From positions 1-64,000 of the forward strand of contig JAQGDQ010000599.1 of NCBI GenBank assembly GCA_030141605.1: 64,000 bases of DNA. The letters are read 5' to 3'. The first letter of the stretch is position 1; every line of letters starts with the position of its first letter. The notes under the pieces are model-generated. The model was not told the DNA's origin and did no database searches. It saw only the letters and a program-made list of their open reading frames with translations. A program made the translations under genes and the position numbers. Shown piece after piece: positions 1 through 11,602 of the stretch. This DNA is from Tubiluchus corallicola. Lineage: Eukaryota > Animalia > Priapulida.

Positions 1-705
1 TGTTAAATGGTTTTTCTCTGCTATGTTAAGATATGTCAAGATATGTTAAGTGGTTTTTTTGCTATGTTAAGATATGTCAAGTTATGTTAAGTGGTTTTTC
101 TTTGCTATGTTAAAATATGTCAAGATATGTTAAGTGGTTTTTCTTTGTTATGTTAGGATATGTTAAGTGGTTTTTCTTTGTTACATTAAGATATGTCAAG
201 ATATGTTAAGTGGTTTTTCTTTGCTATGTTAAGATATGTCAAGATATGTTAAGTGGTTTTTCTTTGCTATGTTAAGATAAGTCAAGATATGTTAAGTGGT
301 TTTTCTCTGCTACGTTAAGATATGTCAAGATATGTTAAGTGGTTTTTCTTTGCTACATTAAGATATGTCAAGATATGTTAAGTTATTTCTCTCTGCTATG
401 TTAAGATATGTTAAATGGTTTTTCTCTGCTATGTTAAGATATGTCAAGATATGTTAAGTGGTTTTTTTGCTATGTTAAGATATGTCAAGTTATGTTAAGT
501 GGTTTTTCTTTGCTATGTTAAAATATGTCAAGATATGTTAAGTGGTTTTTCTTTGTTATGTTAGGATATGTTAAGTGGTTTTTCTTTGTTACATTAAGAT
601 ATGTCAAGATATGTTAAGTGGTTTTTCTTTACTATGTTAAGATATGTCAAGATATGTTAAGTGGTTTTTCTTTGCTATGTTAAGATATGTTAAGTGGGTT
701 TTCTT
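1..705. repeat. Minisatellite, ~43-bp monomer built from 10-bp GATATGT(C/T)AA subunits, with a 408-bp higher-order period; runs off the window start
   Basis: Monomer GCTATGTTAAGATATGTCAAGATATGTTAAGTGGTTTTTCTTT; the run of variants starting at 1 recurs at 409 (e.g. TTACATTAAG at 181 and 589). Confidence 0.95.
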
Positions 706-798
706 TCACATCCAGTTTCGACTTAGATTCTCAGGTGATAAACAGGTCATCTTATTATGTTTTCATCTTTTGCTATAACACGTATTATCTTTTGCTAG

Positions 799-925
799 AA
801 TATCATCAAAGAGCTATCAAGTATCAAGATGATTTTCAAGAACCACACATTGTTAGACAGGAACACTTGGAAGGCAACTGTGGCAAAAGTCAGGCAGTCC
901 TCGATCTACTGAAGACGTAAGCAAA
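799..925 (+). mobile_element. Possible 3' end remnant of an RTE-clade LINE
   Basis: One frame reads ...LLDRNTWKATVAKVRQSSIY*, resembling the DRxxW(R/K)xxV motif I recall at the C-terminus of RTE ORFs. Short and degenerate. Confidence 0.3.
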
Positions 926-1152
926 ATAAAGAGAAGTTCTAGCTAAAATAAATGTCACGAGGCAAGGGCCTCATACTATGCAACAGTTTTGGCTCTCCAT
1001 GGTCAAGAATCAAAGCTGCTCGTCTAAAGTGTCATCAACATTTTTTGTAAACAAATGGTCAACTTTTCGTAACAAGAAATGAATCCCAATTACGAGGGAG
1101 CCCTTTTAGTTTTCACAGACTCTAGACATTTTGCTAATTCATATTGGACATG

Positions 1153-1245
1153 ACAAAGATGTTCACGTATACACTGAGGGCAACAGAGATGTTCACATAT
1201 ACACTGAGGACAACAGAGATGTTCATGTATACACCGAGGGCAACA
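1153..1245. repeat. 30-bp tandem repeat, about 3 copies
   Basis: CAACAGAGATGTTCA(C/T)(A/G)TATACAC(T/C)GAGG repeated at a 30-bp period. Confidence 0.85.
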
Positions 1246-3374
1246 TATAGATAACAAAGATTCAGATTGACAATCACAACAGAAAACAGCCAACTAGTAC
1301 TTAAAATTCATCTTTACAAAATGTCAACATTTTTAATTTTTTTCATCGATCATCTTCTATTAAAGCCTGCCACACTGTCGTGAATGCTCCATTTTTCAAA
1401 AAATTTAGTCGCGTAATTTGCCCCGATAAGTAACACTTGAAGGTGCAGTTTGCAGCCACAAAATATCCCAAACATTTTTCGTGTTTTTCATAATAACTAC
1501 TGTTCAGAGATAAAGCTATTCACAAACAAATATAATTTAAAAAATGTAGATTGATACATACTCTGAAATATAACTGTCGTGCGACTGCTGTAAAGTTCCA
1601 ACTTTCAAAAATTCACTTCGACAATAAAACTTGAAATGAATATTCGTCTATGGCATTTGGAAACCTTTTGCAAGCATATAGACATAAACATAGACATAGA
1701 CATTCACATAGACATAGACATAGAACATTTTTCTCCAATACAGTTTTACAGCAAAAGTTTGTTAAATGTTGAATAATTGTGACTAGGTGACGTTATAGTC
1801 TTTTCGCTATCCTTCTCTAGTTCTACATCTATCTATTCATTTAACCATTCTTCAAAACTTATTAGCGATTCTTTTATTAATCACGTTTTATTATAGTACT
1901 ATAAAGAGATAAATAAATTAAAATTGAATTGAATTGTAATCATGAAGCAGGGTAGGGAGGGACCATCAAGTCATTTAGTCTCCTGCCCTTTCTTATAGAT
2001 AGATAGGTATATTAAAAATAAATGGTGATGCTGCAAATAACAAAACTAAATAAGTACAAATTAGTACAATAAGTACAGAAAAACAATAGTACAAATTATC
2101 AAAACAAAAACTAAAAACAAAAAATAATAACGTTAAATACATAAGTCTAAACAAAACCATTTTGGGGACAACAAAAGGTTTGTAAGTAACGTAATAAAAA
2201 TAATAACTAGAACTTGCGAAATATTCTTGGTAATGTATCAGCAAGAGACAAGAATTTCATTTATTTTGTACGTGGTGAGCACTAGTTTTGTTTTCGTATT
2301 TAAATATTTCTATAACTTGAAATATAAGTCCAGAAAGTGATGGTAACTGACGCTAGACTAATGAAAATTTTAATCATGTTGCCCTGTGTGTAAAACTAAT
2401 TAACAGTAAATTATTAATGCAAAAATTCTTGGGACTACCTAGTCTGACTACTAAGAAAACAATGACTAGAGAAAAAATAACAACATGCTAGCTGACAATT
2501 GTGCAAATTTTAATTAATATTATGGAATCATCTTATTCTACTATTAGGAAAATTAAGTTTGCTGCTGAAAGAACAAGCATATGATTAATAGCTAGCGGCT
2601 TAATCAAGCTGTTGTTTCGTTCTGTAGGAATGACCAAATTCCTCAAGTTAAATCATTGGAGTCAAGTAAGATCCTCATTAAGACTCGACAATCAGCACAT
2701 TTAAATAAACGAAACAGGATACAAAAGCACATTTAACACTGCAAGTATGCTGAAGCATTCATGAGAAATTGTAACAAAAGTGTGTAATTAGATATGCAGG
2801 TGTTTATTACAAAAAACGCTAGGCAGAATTGTTAGAAACTCAGTGTAACAACAGGTGAAACAACAGTGACTCTTCAACTGCCTATTAAATTCTGAACATT
2901 CCTAATAAATGTAACAAAAATAATTTTGTACAGTAGTCAAGATTTCGGCAGATGGAAATTAACATTGGAAATGATGGAATCTTACTGCCAAATTTATGTG
3001 AAAATACAATCAACTACCTTTAGATCAGCAAAAATACAAAACACACTGACCAACCAATAAATAAAGGTCCCAGTTAAGCACACGACAAATCAGTAAAGCG
3101 CGCAAACCCCCAACGAACCAGGAAAACCCACAACCATCCAGCTAACCTGTTTACAATCAGTCAAGGGCAATATCAAAGTCAAAATGAAGGCCAGCTAATG
3201 GACTGTTTAAATCTTTTTATAAATCAAATCATCTTTAGAGCTCAAACTTCGATAAACTTCAAAACATAAAATGCAGTAAATATACGAACAGGGCAAATCT
3301 GCAGTAGCCAGGCACGAGGGTCACAGTCAAGATATGCAAATCAGATGAGCGAATTTGCCCCGAAAATTACCTAC

Positions 3375-3480
3375 CGTCCTCATCATCTTTCAGCTTTGCC
3401 CTCTCTCCATCGGCAGACTCCGTATTGCCATAAACCCTTTTATAGTATTCATCCAGCAAACGTAACCTCAGCTTTTCCAT
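3375..3480 (-). CDS. Putative alternative first coding exon of an unidentified minus-strand gene (MEKLRLRLLDEYYKRVYGNTESADGERAKLKDDED, phase-1 donor)
   Basis: gaaATGG start context, 35 open codons + 1 nt, then G|GTAGGT donor (an alternative AG|GTAATT lies 4 nt further). CpG-rich DNA at 3550-3660 upstream. Same phase as the 9161-9317 exon. Confidence 0.55.
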
Positions 3481-4417
3481 TTCACCGAGAAAAATTGTGC
3501 ACGCCTTCCATTTCGTTCACTATTTCTTAATTAAAGTTTCATTGTTGCAAGCAGAACGTTCCAAACAACAGCGTCAGAACGAAGAGCCGAACGCGGGGAC
3601 CTACCACTTCCTTAATTTTCACTTATAGAACGGCAGCTGTAGCCCTGCCACGCTTCAAACCTAGTGGTTATTTATACAGGGTATAATTTCCCAAGGAAGC
3701 AAACTATACAAAAATTCTACAGCACACGCAGTAGACTAGCAACCATACTTTAAGCGACAATCGAAGTTCCGTCTTGATAAACCAATTTTCAGCGTAGCTG
3801 TTTACGAGCTAATACTTTTTATAACTAATTTTTTGTAAGAGCTGTAGCTTATATTGTGTAGTTCAGATTGGAATAGTACTCACATGAGCTAAGTAAATAC
3901 TTATCATCTCCTCCCATTCCTAACACGCAACGCAGTTATTCTCTGGAAATACCTCGAATGCTCACAATTTTTACCTCTATTATTGCAGTTTACGTGCCTA
4001 AAATACCTGCACAGGTAGGCTGTATTTTACAGCTGCGGGAAAATTTAATATAGTACGCTCCATAAACCCAACGCGTTCAGGGTTTTTGAAAGGAAGCCAG
4101 TTTCGTTCCAAGATAGGAAATTTAAACTAAGATCTGTTCTTCCGTCGTCATATATTTTCGCTTGACAATTTTACTATATAGTAGAGAACAATCTTAATGT
4201 TCCGTAACATTTTTGCTTGAGCAAAGATTTCAGAGCTGTTTTGGATTACCCGAGAGGCACTAAAAATCTAACCTGGGCCACCCTCTTCAAAATATCAGCA
4301 ATTTTTGTACGGGGTAAAAGGGGTCAGTGGGGCGGAATTTCAGAAATGCATAAACTCTAAATAAAAAATTTATAATTTGACCAATCTTTGACTTTTTGTT
4401 AGGTTACGATGACTGAA

Positions 4418-5951
4418 AATTTGATAAGGTCAATGCACTTAACATCAATGGTCAAATTTAACCATAATGTTAGTAGTAGAGTCAATTTGCAAAGTTGTCT
4501 ACAAAAAAAGTGCAAGAAAAAGTGTTTTATGGTGTTTTTTTGTAGTATTTGTCCCACTGAATAACAAACTAAAATAAGCCCAAATTTGAGCAACAGTGGG
4601 GGTCTAATTATGATGTCAAAAATGGCTGCCATTTATCCAAAAAGAATGGATCTTTAGTCTAACACAATAGTGAAAGACAAATGCGCATTTTCGATTAAAA
4701 AGGAATAAACATTGCACACTGCTGAAACCCATTGGGTTGATTAATTTTGACATGGAGAAAATGGAAAATGATCCAATGTGGCCGCAATGTTCAAGATAAT
4801 AATAGTAGTCTAATAATTACCAGTCTGTACTATAACTTGTTATATAAGCTCCATAATTTTACAAATGATACGTCAGTTTCCTTTACCACGGATGACATCC
4901 GTCTTATCCGATATCCGGGCTAACGGGGTCCAGTTTAACGAGTGTAATTTGGAAAAAATCATTCTTTCGATGCTCAATTTTATTATACAGGAATCGTTTG
5001 ATCAGTTTCATTTGAGCTTGTATTTTTGTAACAGTTACAAGATAAAATCTATCTGAAGCATCATGTCGTCAAACGTAACAGCTGAAGTTCGACTGTACAG
5101 CTGTGCTTTTGCAGAATGGCATTTTATACTGAATGCAGAAACACCGGTTCTCGTCTGATCACCGAAGTTAAGCAACGGATGGGTGATACTTGGATGGGTG
5201 ACCGCCTAGGAACACCAGGTGCTGTAGGCTTCCGGGATGCCCACACTGTATCTCGACACAAGGCAGTGGAGCTGCACAAGCAGCCAACAGCTAGAGGGCG
5301 CAGGAGTTCAAGTGACCCAACAGCCATGTGTAGAGGAGTAAACTTTCCAAATCAGGAGTGGAGCCCCGAAGGCGGACCAGTGCAGCATGCTCACTGACTC
5401 CGGCAGCTCCTGCAGCCAACCTGGTGCCAAACGTATCGCTCCGCTTTCCTTTGGACTACACCAGGGAGGAAGAGAGGAGGTTCCTGTTGTCTGAGCAATT
5501 TGATAAGGTCAATGCACTTAACATCAATGGTCAAATTTAACCATAATGTTAGTAGTAGAGTCAATTTGCAAAGTTGTCTACAAAAAAAGTGCAAGAAAAA
5601 GTGTTTTATGGTGTTTTTTTGTAGTATTTGTCCCACTGAATAACAAACTAAAATAAGCCCAAATTTGAGCAACAGTGGGGGTCTAATTATGATGTCAAAA
5701 ATGGCTGCCATTTATCCAAAAAGAATGGATCTTTAGTCTAACACAATAGTGAAAGACAAATGCGCATTTTCGATTAAAAAGGAATAAACATTGCACACTG
5801 CTGAAACCCATTGGGTTGATTAATTTTGACATGGAGAAAATGGAAAATGATCCAATGTGGCCGCAATGTTCAAGATGATAATAGTAGTCTAATAATTACC
5901 AGTCTGTACTATAACTTGTTATATAAGCTCCATAATTTTACAAATGATACG
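4418..5951. repeat. Recent local duplication: A (4418-4872) - B (4872-5498) - A (5497-5951), where B is a copy of 7956-8582
   Basis: A copies are offset by 1079 bp with one mismatch seen; B copies are offset by 3084 bp with about 5 mismatches seen. Confidence 0.95.
5138..5498 (+). mobile_element. 3'-truncated duplicate of the 5S-rRNA-derived SINE (5S-like head 5138-5231)
   Basis: GAAACACCGGTTCTCGTCTGATCACCGAAGTTAAGCAACG...TACTTGGATGGGTGACCGCCTAGGAACACCAGGTGCTGTAGGCTT matches metazoan 5S rRNA; cut at the duplication breakpoint. Confidence 0.85.
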
Positions 5952-6493
5952 CAGTGGTGACAGCATTGGCAGCAACAAAGAGAACGAGGCCAAAATACTT
6001 CTAAGAGCCCATCCTGGAACTTCAGCCTTATCCCACCTGTTCCACAGCTACTGGCCACTTCACCTTTCACTCAGAACCACTGTTGGGTAAGGCAGTTCTG
6101 AGGAATCCAGGTAATAACATCACAGGTAGAAAATCACAGAAAAAAATCACGGGGAAAAGTCACACCAAACCCAAAGATTCCTTATGATATAGGTCCCCTC
6201 CCATTAGCACCTCAGCAAACTGTACTCCCACTCCCCCAGCGCAGCAGTCTTTCAAGTCCACTGAATCAGCGGTTAGTCCATTAAAACTATTGGTCCTTCA
6301 AGCCCATTAGTATTTAAATTTTTCATCAACAAACTTATATGATTTTATAAACTTGAAAATTTGTACTCCCACGATGACCATTAGATGCAGCCATTTTGAA
6401 ATTAGGTTGTTTGAAACAAGTTTAGCTAACATTGAGCAACGTTTGGAAGCTTTTGTAGAACACACGTCACTAACTAAGTAAAATTTCAAATTA

Positions 6494-6950
6494 CTGTATC
6501 TGGTCAATAAGATTAAAAATACGTTGTTGGTTAGTGAGTGGTGCACCCTAGAGGGTGAGTCAGCGACATTTTAACAATAATTGGTGAAAACATTTTAAAT
6601 AATTCATAATTTTCTTTTCTAGTTAATTAAGATTTTCCAGTAGGTAAGCGAAATGCTAAGTAATATAGATTTGCACGGAAAGTTTTTTGAGACATAATTT
6701 AACATTTCCTTTGAATTTGAAAACATAATCTGAGCATTTACACAGTGAACACTTCACTAACTAAGCAAAAAAGTATAAATAATTGTATCTTGTCAATAAG
6801 ATTAAAAATACATTTTTTGATGAGTCAGTGGTGAACATCAGGAAGGCGGAGTCAATGACATTTTACTATTTGGCGCAAATTTAAAATGGGCCAATAATTT
6901 TCTTTTCTGGTTTCATAAGTCCTTCAAGAAAGTAAGAGTAATGCTTAGTA
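6494..6950. repeat. Diverged tandem duplication with a period of about 290 bp
   Basis: TGTATCT(G/T)GTCAATAAGATTAAAAATAC...GAGTCA..GACATTTT...ATAATTTTCTTTTCT occurs from ~6494 and again from ~6783. Confidence 0.65.
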
Positions 6951-7681
6951 AAACTGCCTTTTCTTCCCCTTTAAAGGGAAAGGTAGAGAAAAGGGGCAAA
7001 AGTTCACCAAAGTGATTAATTCCCTGGTGACTGCCAATTGAGAGTGTGATGTATGTAACTACTTTTTTGTGGTATTATCCTTTAATCTGCAAATTAAGAA
7101 AAGCATACGTAAAGTTTGAGCAAACTAAGTTGAAAATGGTGTAGCAAGAAATGCTCAAATGCAAAATACGTAGCTGATTAAATAGTACAAATGTAACCTA
7201 AAGTATTATAGCACGTTTTCTGATGTGTGAATGCAAATTTAGAAGTTCAAAAAAGGAGTGGTGTAATTTTCTTAATTATTTACATCATAGCAGCATATAG
7301 TTGGCTCAAAGATGAAATACATGTGGCACTAAGACAAGAAAAAATACAAATATTTGGCAAACACAATAACAAAAATTGGCGCCTCAATTCACACATTAAG
7401 CTTTGCCACGTCAGTGCTATGCTCACACCTTTTACCTGCCTTATACTACTGCCACCTGGTGCTTGAAATTCAGAAAAAATCCTCACAATGTATGCACCTT
7501 GAGCATGTAATGAACGTTGAAATGACCTAGAAGGTCAGCAGCCAACTATTAACAACTATGTATCATTTAATAAATCTAAAGATTTCACAATAAATAATTA
7601 CAATCCTGATCCTTTTTTCCTCCCACCAAAATATATAAAAAGTTAAATAAAATAGTAAAATGTTCTGATTTTTCTCTATTA

Positions 7682-8179
7682 CAGTCAACCCTCGTTAAGC
7701 CGGACTAATTGGGGGGGGGGGGGGTCCGGTTTAGCCGATTGTCCGATTTATCCGATATGCCTATATGTGGTCTATATTATACAGGAATAATCACCTTAAT
7801 AAGGCCTATATATATATATATACATTGCACTATATACTGTGCACTATATACTATACTGTATATTACTTTAAAATAGTTAACCTGTGAGGATAAAGAAATT
7901 ATTATACAGTTGGTAGGCCGTGTTGTGTTTAGCGCTCCGGCTCGGATGGAAATCGGTCAGTTTCCTTTACCACGGATGACATCCGTCTTATCCGATATCC
8001 GGGCTAACGGGGTCCAGTTTAACGAGTGTAATTTGGAAAAAATCATTCTTTCGATGCTCAATTTTATTATACAGGAATCGTTTGATCAGTTTCATTTGAG
8101 CTTGTATTTTTGTAACAGTTACAAGATAAAATCTATCTGAAGCATCATGTCGTCAAACGTAACAGCTGAAGTTCGACTG
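7682..8179. mobile_element. Tc1/mariner pogo/Tigger-like MITE
   Basis: TA|CAGTCAACCCTCG ... GAAGTTCGACTG|TA termini with TA target site; internal TTATCCGA/TTAGCCGA subterminal motifs. Confidence 0.6.
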
Positions 8180-8221
8180 TACAGCTGTGCTTTTGCAGAA
8201 TGGCATTTTATACTGAATGCA

Positions 8222-8754
8222 GAAACACCGGTTCTCGTCTCATCACCGAAGTTAAGCAACGGATGGGTGATACTTGGATGGGTGACCGCCTAGGAACACC
8301 AGGCGCTGTAGGCTTCCGGGATGCCCACACTGTATCTCGACACAAGGCAGTGGAGCTGCACAAGCAGCCAACAGCTAGAGGGCACAGGAGTTCAAGTGAC
8401 CCAACAGCCATGTGTAGAGGAGTAAACTTTCCAAATCAGGAGTGGAGCCCCGAAGGCGGACCAGTGCAGCATGCTCACTGACTCCAGCAGCTCCTGCAGC
8501 CAACCTGGTGCCAAACGTATCGCTCCGCTTTCCTTTGGACTACACCAGGGAGGAAGAGAGGAGGTTCCTGTTGTCTGGGCAACTCAGGATCTCCATACAC
8601 CTTGCCCAGGCGTGCGCCCTGGAGACGTTCAAGGATCACACTACTCAGCCACAGTCGACGCTGCAGCTCCATCAATGTGATCAATAACTGACTCTGTTGG
8701 CGTACACTCCATTGTCTTCCGAGACAGAAGCATGCCAAGAACAACAAAGAACAA
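8222..8754 (+). mobile_element. 5S rRNA-derived SINE (SINE3-type), near full length; 5S-like head 8222-8315
   Basis: The head keeps box A (AGTTAAGC) and box C (TGGATGGGTGACC) but lacks about 20 nt of the 5' end and has an internal deletion. No T-run terminator follows. Then a ~400-bp GC-rich body, a TGTCT-TCCG-AGACA hairpin (8713-8726) and an (A/CAA)-rich tail. Confidence 0.85.
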
Positions 8755-9160
8755 TATATCCAGTAGCAAACCGACAAAAAAACGCTGACCAGATTATAGT
8801 TCTTGGAAAACCGCGAATGTGTGAAGGTTGACTAAAATGGAATATTGATTACCTTACCATATAAAACTAAAAATATTTTACCACCAACAATACTACATTT
8901 AATCAAACAAAGCTTGTCACACATTACATTTAGACCAACTAGCTATCAACCGCTTTAGCTATCAGTATGATATTCATAGTTAATTAATTATGGCAGTCAT
9001 GGATAATAAGCTAAGCTACTATAGACTGGATATCCCAAATAGGCAAATTTGCCACTGCTGATTGAATAAATGTTTTTTAATGTTTTAATTTTTAACATAT
9101 TTTCATATTATCCTAAAGACCCATAAGTTTTCATTTGTATCTAAGAACTAGGATACTTAC

Positions 9161-9317
9161 TATATAAGTTTAGGTCATCATCAGAGTCTGACTGCTCAAG
9201 GTCTCCCATATTGTCAGGTTGAAATCCCACTTCCAATTCATCTTGATGCTGTTCCGCGGCAAGTCGAAGTTGAGGTTCCCATCGACGATGACTTGCCCGA
9301 TCTTCCATGGCAGTCAT
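9161..9317 (-). CDS. First coding exon of an unidentified minus-strand gene (MTAMEDRASHRRWEPQLRLAAEQHQDELEVGFQPDNMGDLEQSDSDDDLNLY; exon 9344-9161)
   Basis: TTGCAG acceptor at 9346/9345, 27-nt UTR with an in-frame TAG, aaaaATG, 52 codons + 1 nt, GTAAGT donor at 9160; GC-rich against AT-rich flanks. Confidence 0.75.
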
Positions 9318-10634
9318 TTTTGAGGGTGCCCACTACACAGCGTCCTGCAAATAGCAAAAATTTCAATTTCTTAAGAAGGTGAGTGCATTGAGGTTTTAAA
9401 ATATCTTGGAATAGACAAACAGTATTGATACTGATGATAATCAGATGAGTAATAACTCTTTCATGTAAGACATTCTTGAAAAAATAGTATGTTACGTTTC
9501 AATATTTTATAACGTAGGTGGTTTTGAGCTATAATTTAAGATAGTTTCCAGTTTTCCTTTAAGACTGCAATTGCGTAAAAATATTTACTCGGAACAGTTG
9601 TTACAGTGAACAATACTCATAAAGGAAAATGCCAACGTATAAATTTACTAAAATGATTAGCTTGTAAAATGATTAACTGCACAGTAGCAGTAACAAACCA
9701 AATCCAAAGTTATTCATTATTCTTCTCTATCAATATCTTCATCTGTCGAGGCGAGAGCGATCTCCTGTTAGTGCTTGGTTATGAATTTAATCAAGACTGG
9801 ATCTGGAGGGTAAGTGGAAAGATGACTGCTGAGAAACTCCTTTTGGGCAGTTTCATCTGTTCATATGCCCTGGCAATTTACATCATTCGGCAACAGAATA
9901 ACCATGTGTGAATGTGGCTAAAGCACCCCTGCCGGTTCATGTTTCAAGTTTAGAGAATATTCTCTATAGATTTAGCAAGAGGAAAGCAAAACCTTGTAAG
10001 TACTTGAAATGCCACGGCAAAAGTAAATGCTAATAACATGACGTTGTAGAGATAAACAGTGTATTATCCAACACTTCAGAGCGTTACTTATTCCACCATC
10101 TGGGACGAATCTGTTATGATACAGCAACAGCTAAAAGTGTATAGCCATCTAGTCTAGTAAATCATTCACTTGTAAGTCAATTATTGTATTCAAATGATTG
10201 TTTTTGATATTTTTTTGATATTCCCATGATTTATAAGATGGTTATTGCTTGTTGTTGGGTTATTACAGCTTCTTTCCTGAAGATGGAGTAAATAATAGTG
10301 TGAAACGCTGCATAACATATGTTGTTCATTCCTACATACTGCCCAGTGTTTACTTTTGCTATGCATTACTAGTACTCGTGGGGATTAACGGTTACTCTTT
10401 ATAATGAACAAAGCCCTGGTTCCACTATGGGTCTATATTATGGAGGAGTTGGCATTAAATGTTGGATCCTGGCTTGCAGAGTGCAGACTGTGACCAAGTT
10501 TCCTTTACAAGTTCAGTACTTCATCTCAGAGGACTTGTATTCTGGAGGTATTGGGTGCTTTTTAAGGATTAATTTCAATTAGATTTTTTATTACCAAACC
10601 ATAATTTTCATTCTGTCTTAACACTCTTGGAAGG

Positions 10635-10798
10635 AGTTTGCAATTCCTCACACAATTTAAATACCCTAACCCAAACACTAACCCTGACCCTCTTCCTAAT
10701 CCCAAGTCCCTAACCCTACCCCAAACCTAACACCCTAACCCTAACTCCAACCCTAACCCGATTCATGAACTAATTTCTTGTGTAGGGAAAAGTAAACT
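10635..10798. repeat. Degenerate interstitial (CCCTAA)n tract (10663-10759) bracketed by imperfect 20-bp inverted repeats
   Basis: Multiple CCCTAA-like units; AGTTTGCAATTCCTCACACA versus the reverse complement of TGTGTAGGGAAAAGTAAACT. Confidence 0.6.
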
Positions 10799-11430
10799 TT
10801 AGCCACAGTCTTTATCTTGCCCTCCAATCACAAAATATTTCTGCACTGTACAATTTGAACATGAATAACAAGCTTTCATATGATTGAAGAATACAGCATT
10901 TAGAAATACTTATTTCTATTAAAGATGCTAAAATTTAGTAAGTATAAAATTCACAACTTGTTTTAGCAATAAATTATTGTTAATAATAATAAGCATTAAA
11001 AAATATTATCTGTCGAGCATAGTTTATCTGGGGAAATGCTCTACCTCCTTGTGCATCAGCACGGGTGCTAGTATAGGAGGTTTCTAGTACGAGCAAATTT
11101 GGTTAAGTGCATTTAATTAGCTGTCTATTTTTCACTTTTAATGTGGTTGAGTTTGATAACTTTTAGTTCCTCGCCACCCTTTCGCCAATCAATATTGTAT
11201 TAATTTTTCCAAATTATTAATCATCATATCACTTTGTTTTATTAACTAATAGTAATAACATTGATTCTTGTATTGAATGTACTGTAATGAAGCGATAAAT
11301 TATTTACTAATTTGCAAATGGTAACTGTAGTTAATTTAACAATTAACATAATTATCATTATCTACAACAATTCCTCCACGATAATTTATCAGCTGTAACA
11401 AAACAGTTCAAAAAATTAAACTTAAAAAAT

Positions 11431-11590
11431 CTTACTTATTAAATTTTATTTGTATAATTTCATTTTACAATAGTTCACGTCGGCCATATTTGTTAAAATA
11501 CGACGACCAGTGCGCACCGTTTCCGTGAAAACCGATTGCCACGACTGAAACGTCCCGAGTTTGCTCATTTTTGCTGGCAAGATGGCAACC
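11431..11590 (-). promoter_or_regulatory. Probable promoter and non-coding first exon of the minus-strand gene
   Basis: CpG-rich patch in very AT-rich DNA; YY1-type motifs GCCATATT (11483-11490) and AAGATGGC (11579-11586); minus-strand GTAAG donor at 11435. Confidence 0.45.
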
Positions 11591-11602
11591 ACTGAACTAA
11601 AC

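Noticed and set aside
5138-5231. Functional 5S rRNA genes (also 8222-8315)
   Set aside because: About 20 nt of the 5' end are missing, there is an internal deletion and no oligo-T terminator, and the sequence continues into a SINE body.
4399-8777. Duplicated ORFs (MAAIFDII..., MAFYTECR..., MAVGSLEL...) as paralogous genes
   Set aside because: They are incidental frames across duplicated repeat DNA, with no splice signals or recognisable domains.
10250-10300. Penelope-type minimal hammerhead ribozyme (CTGAAGATG...GAAAC)
   Set aside because: Core-like words are present, but I could not find pairing stems II and III.
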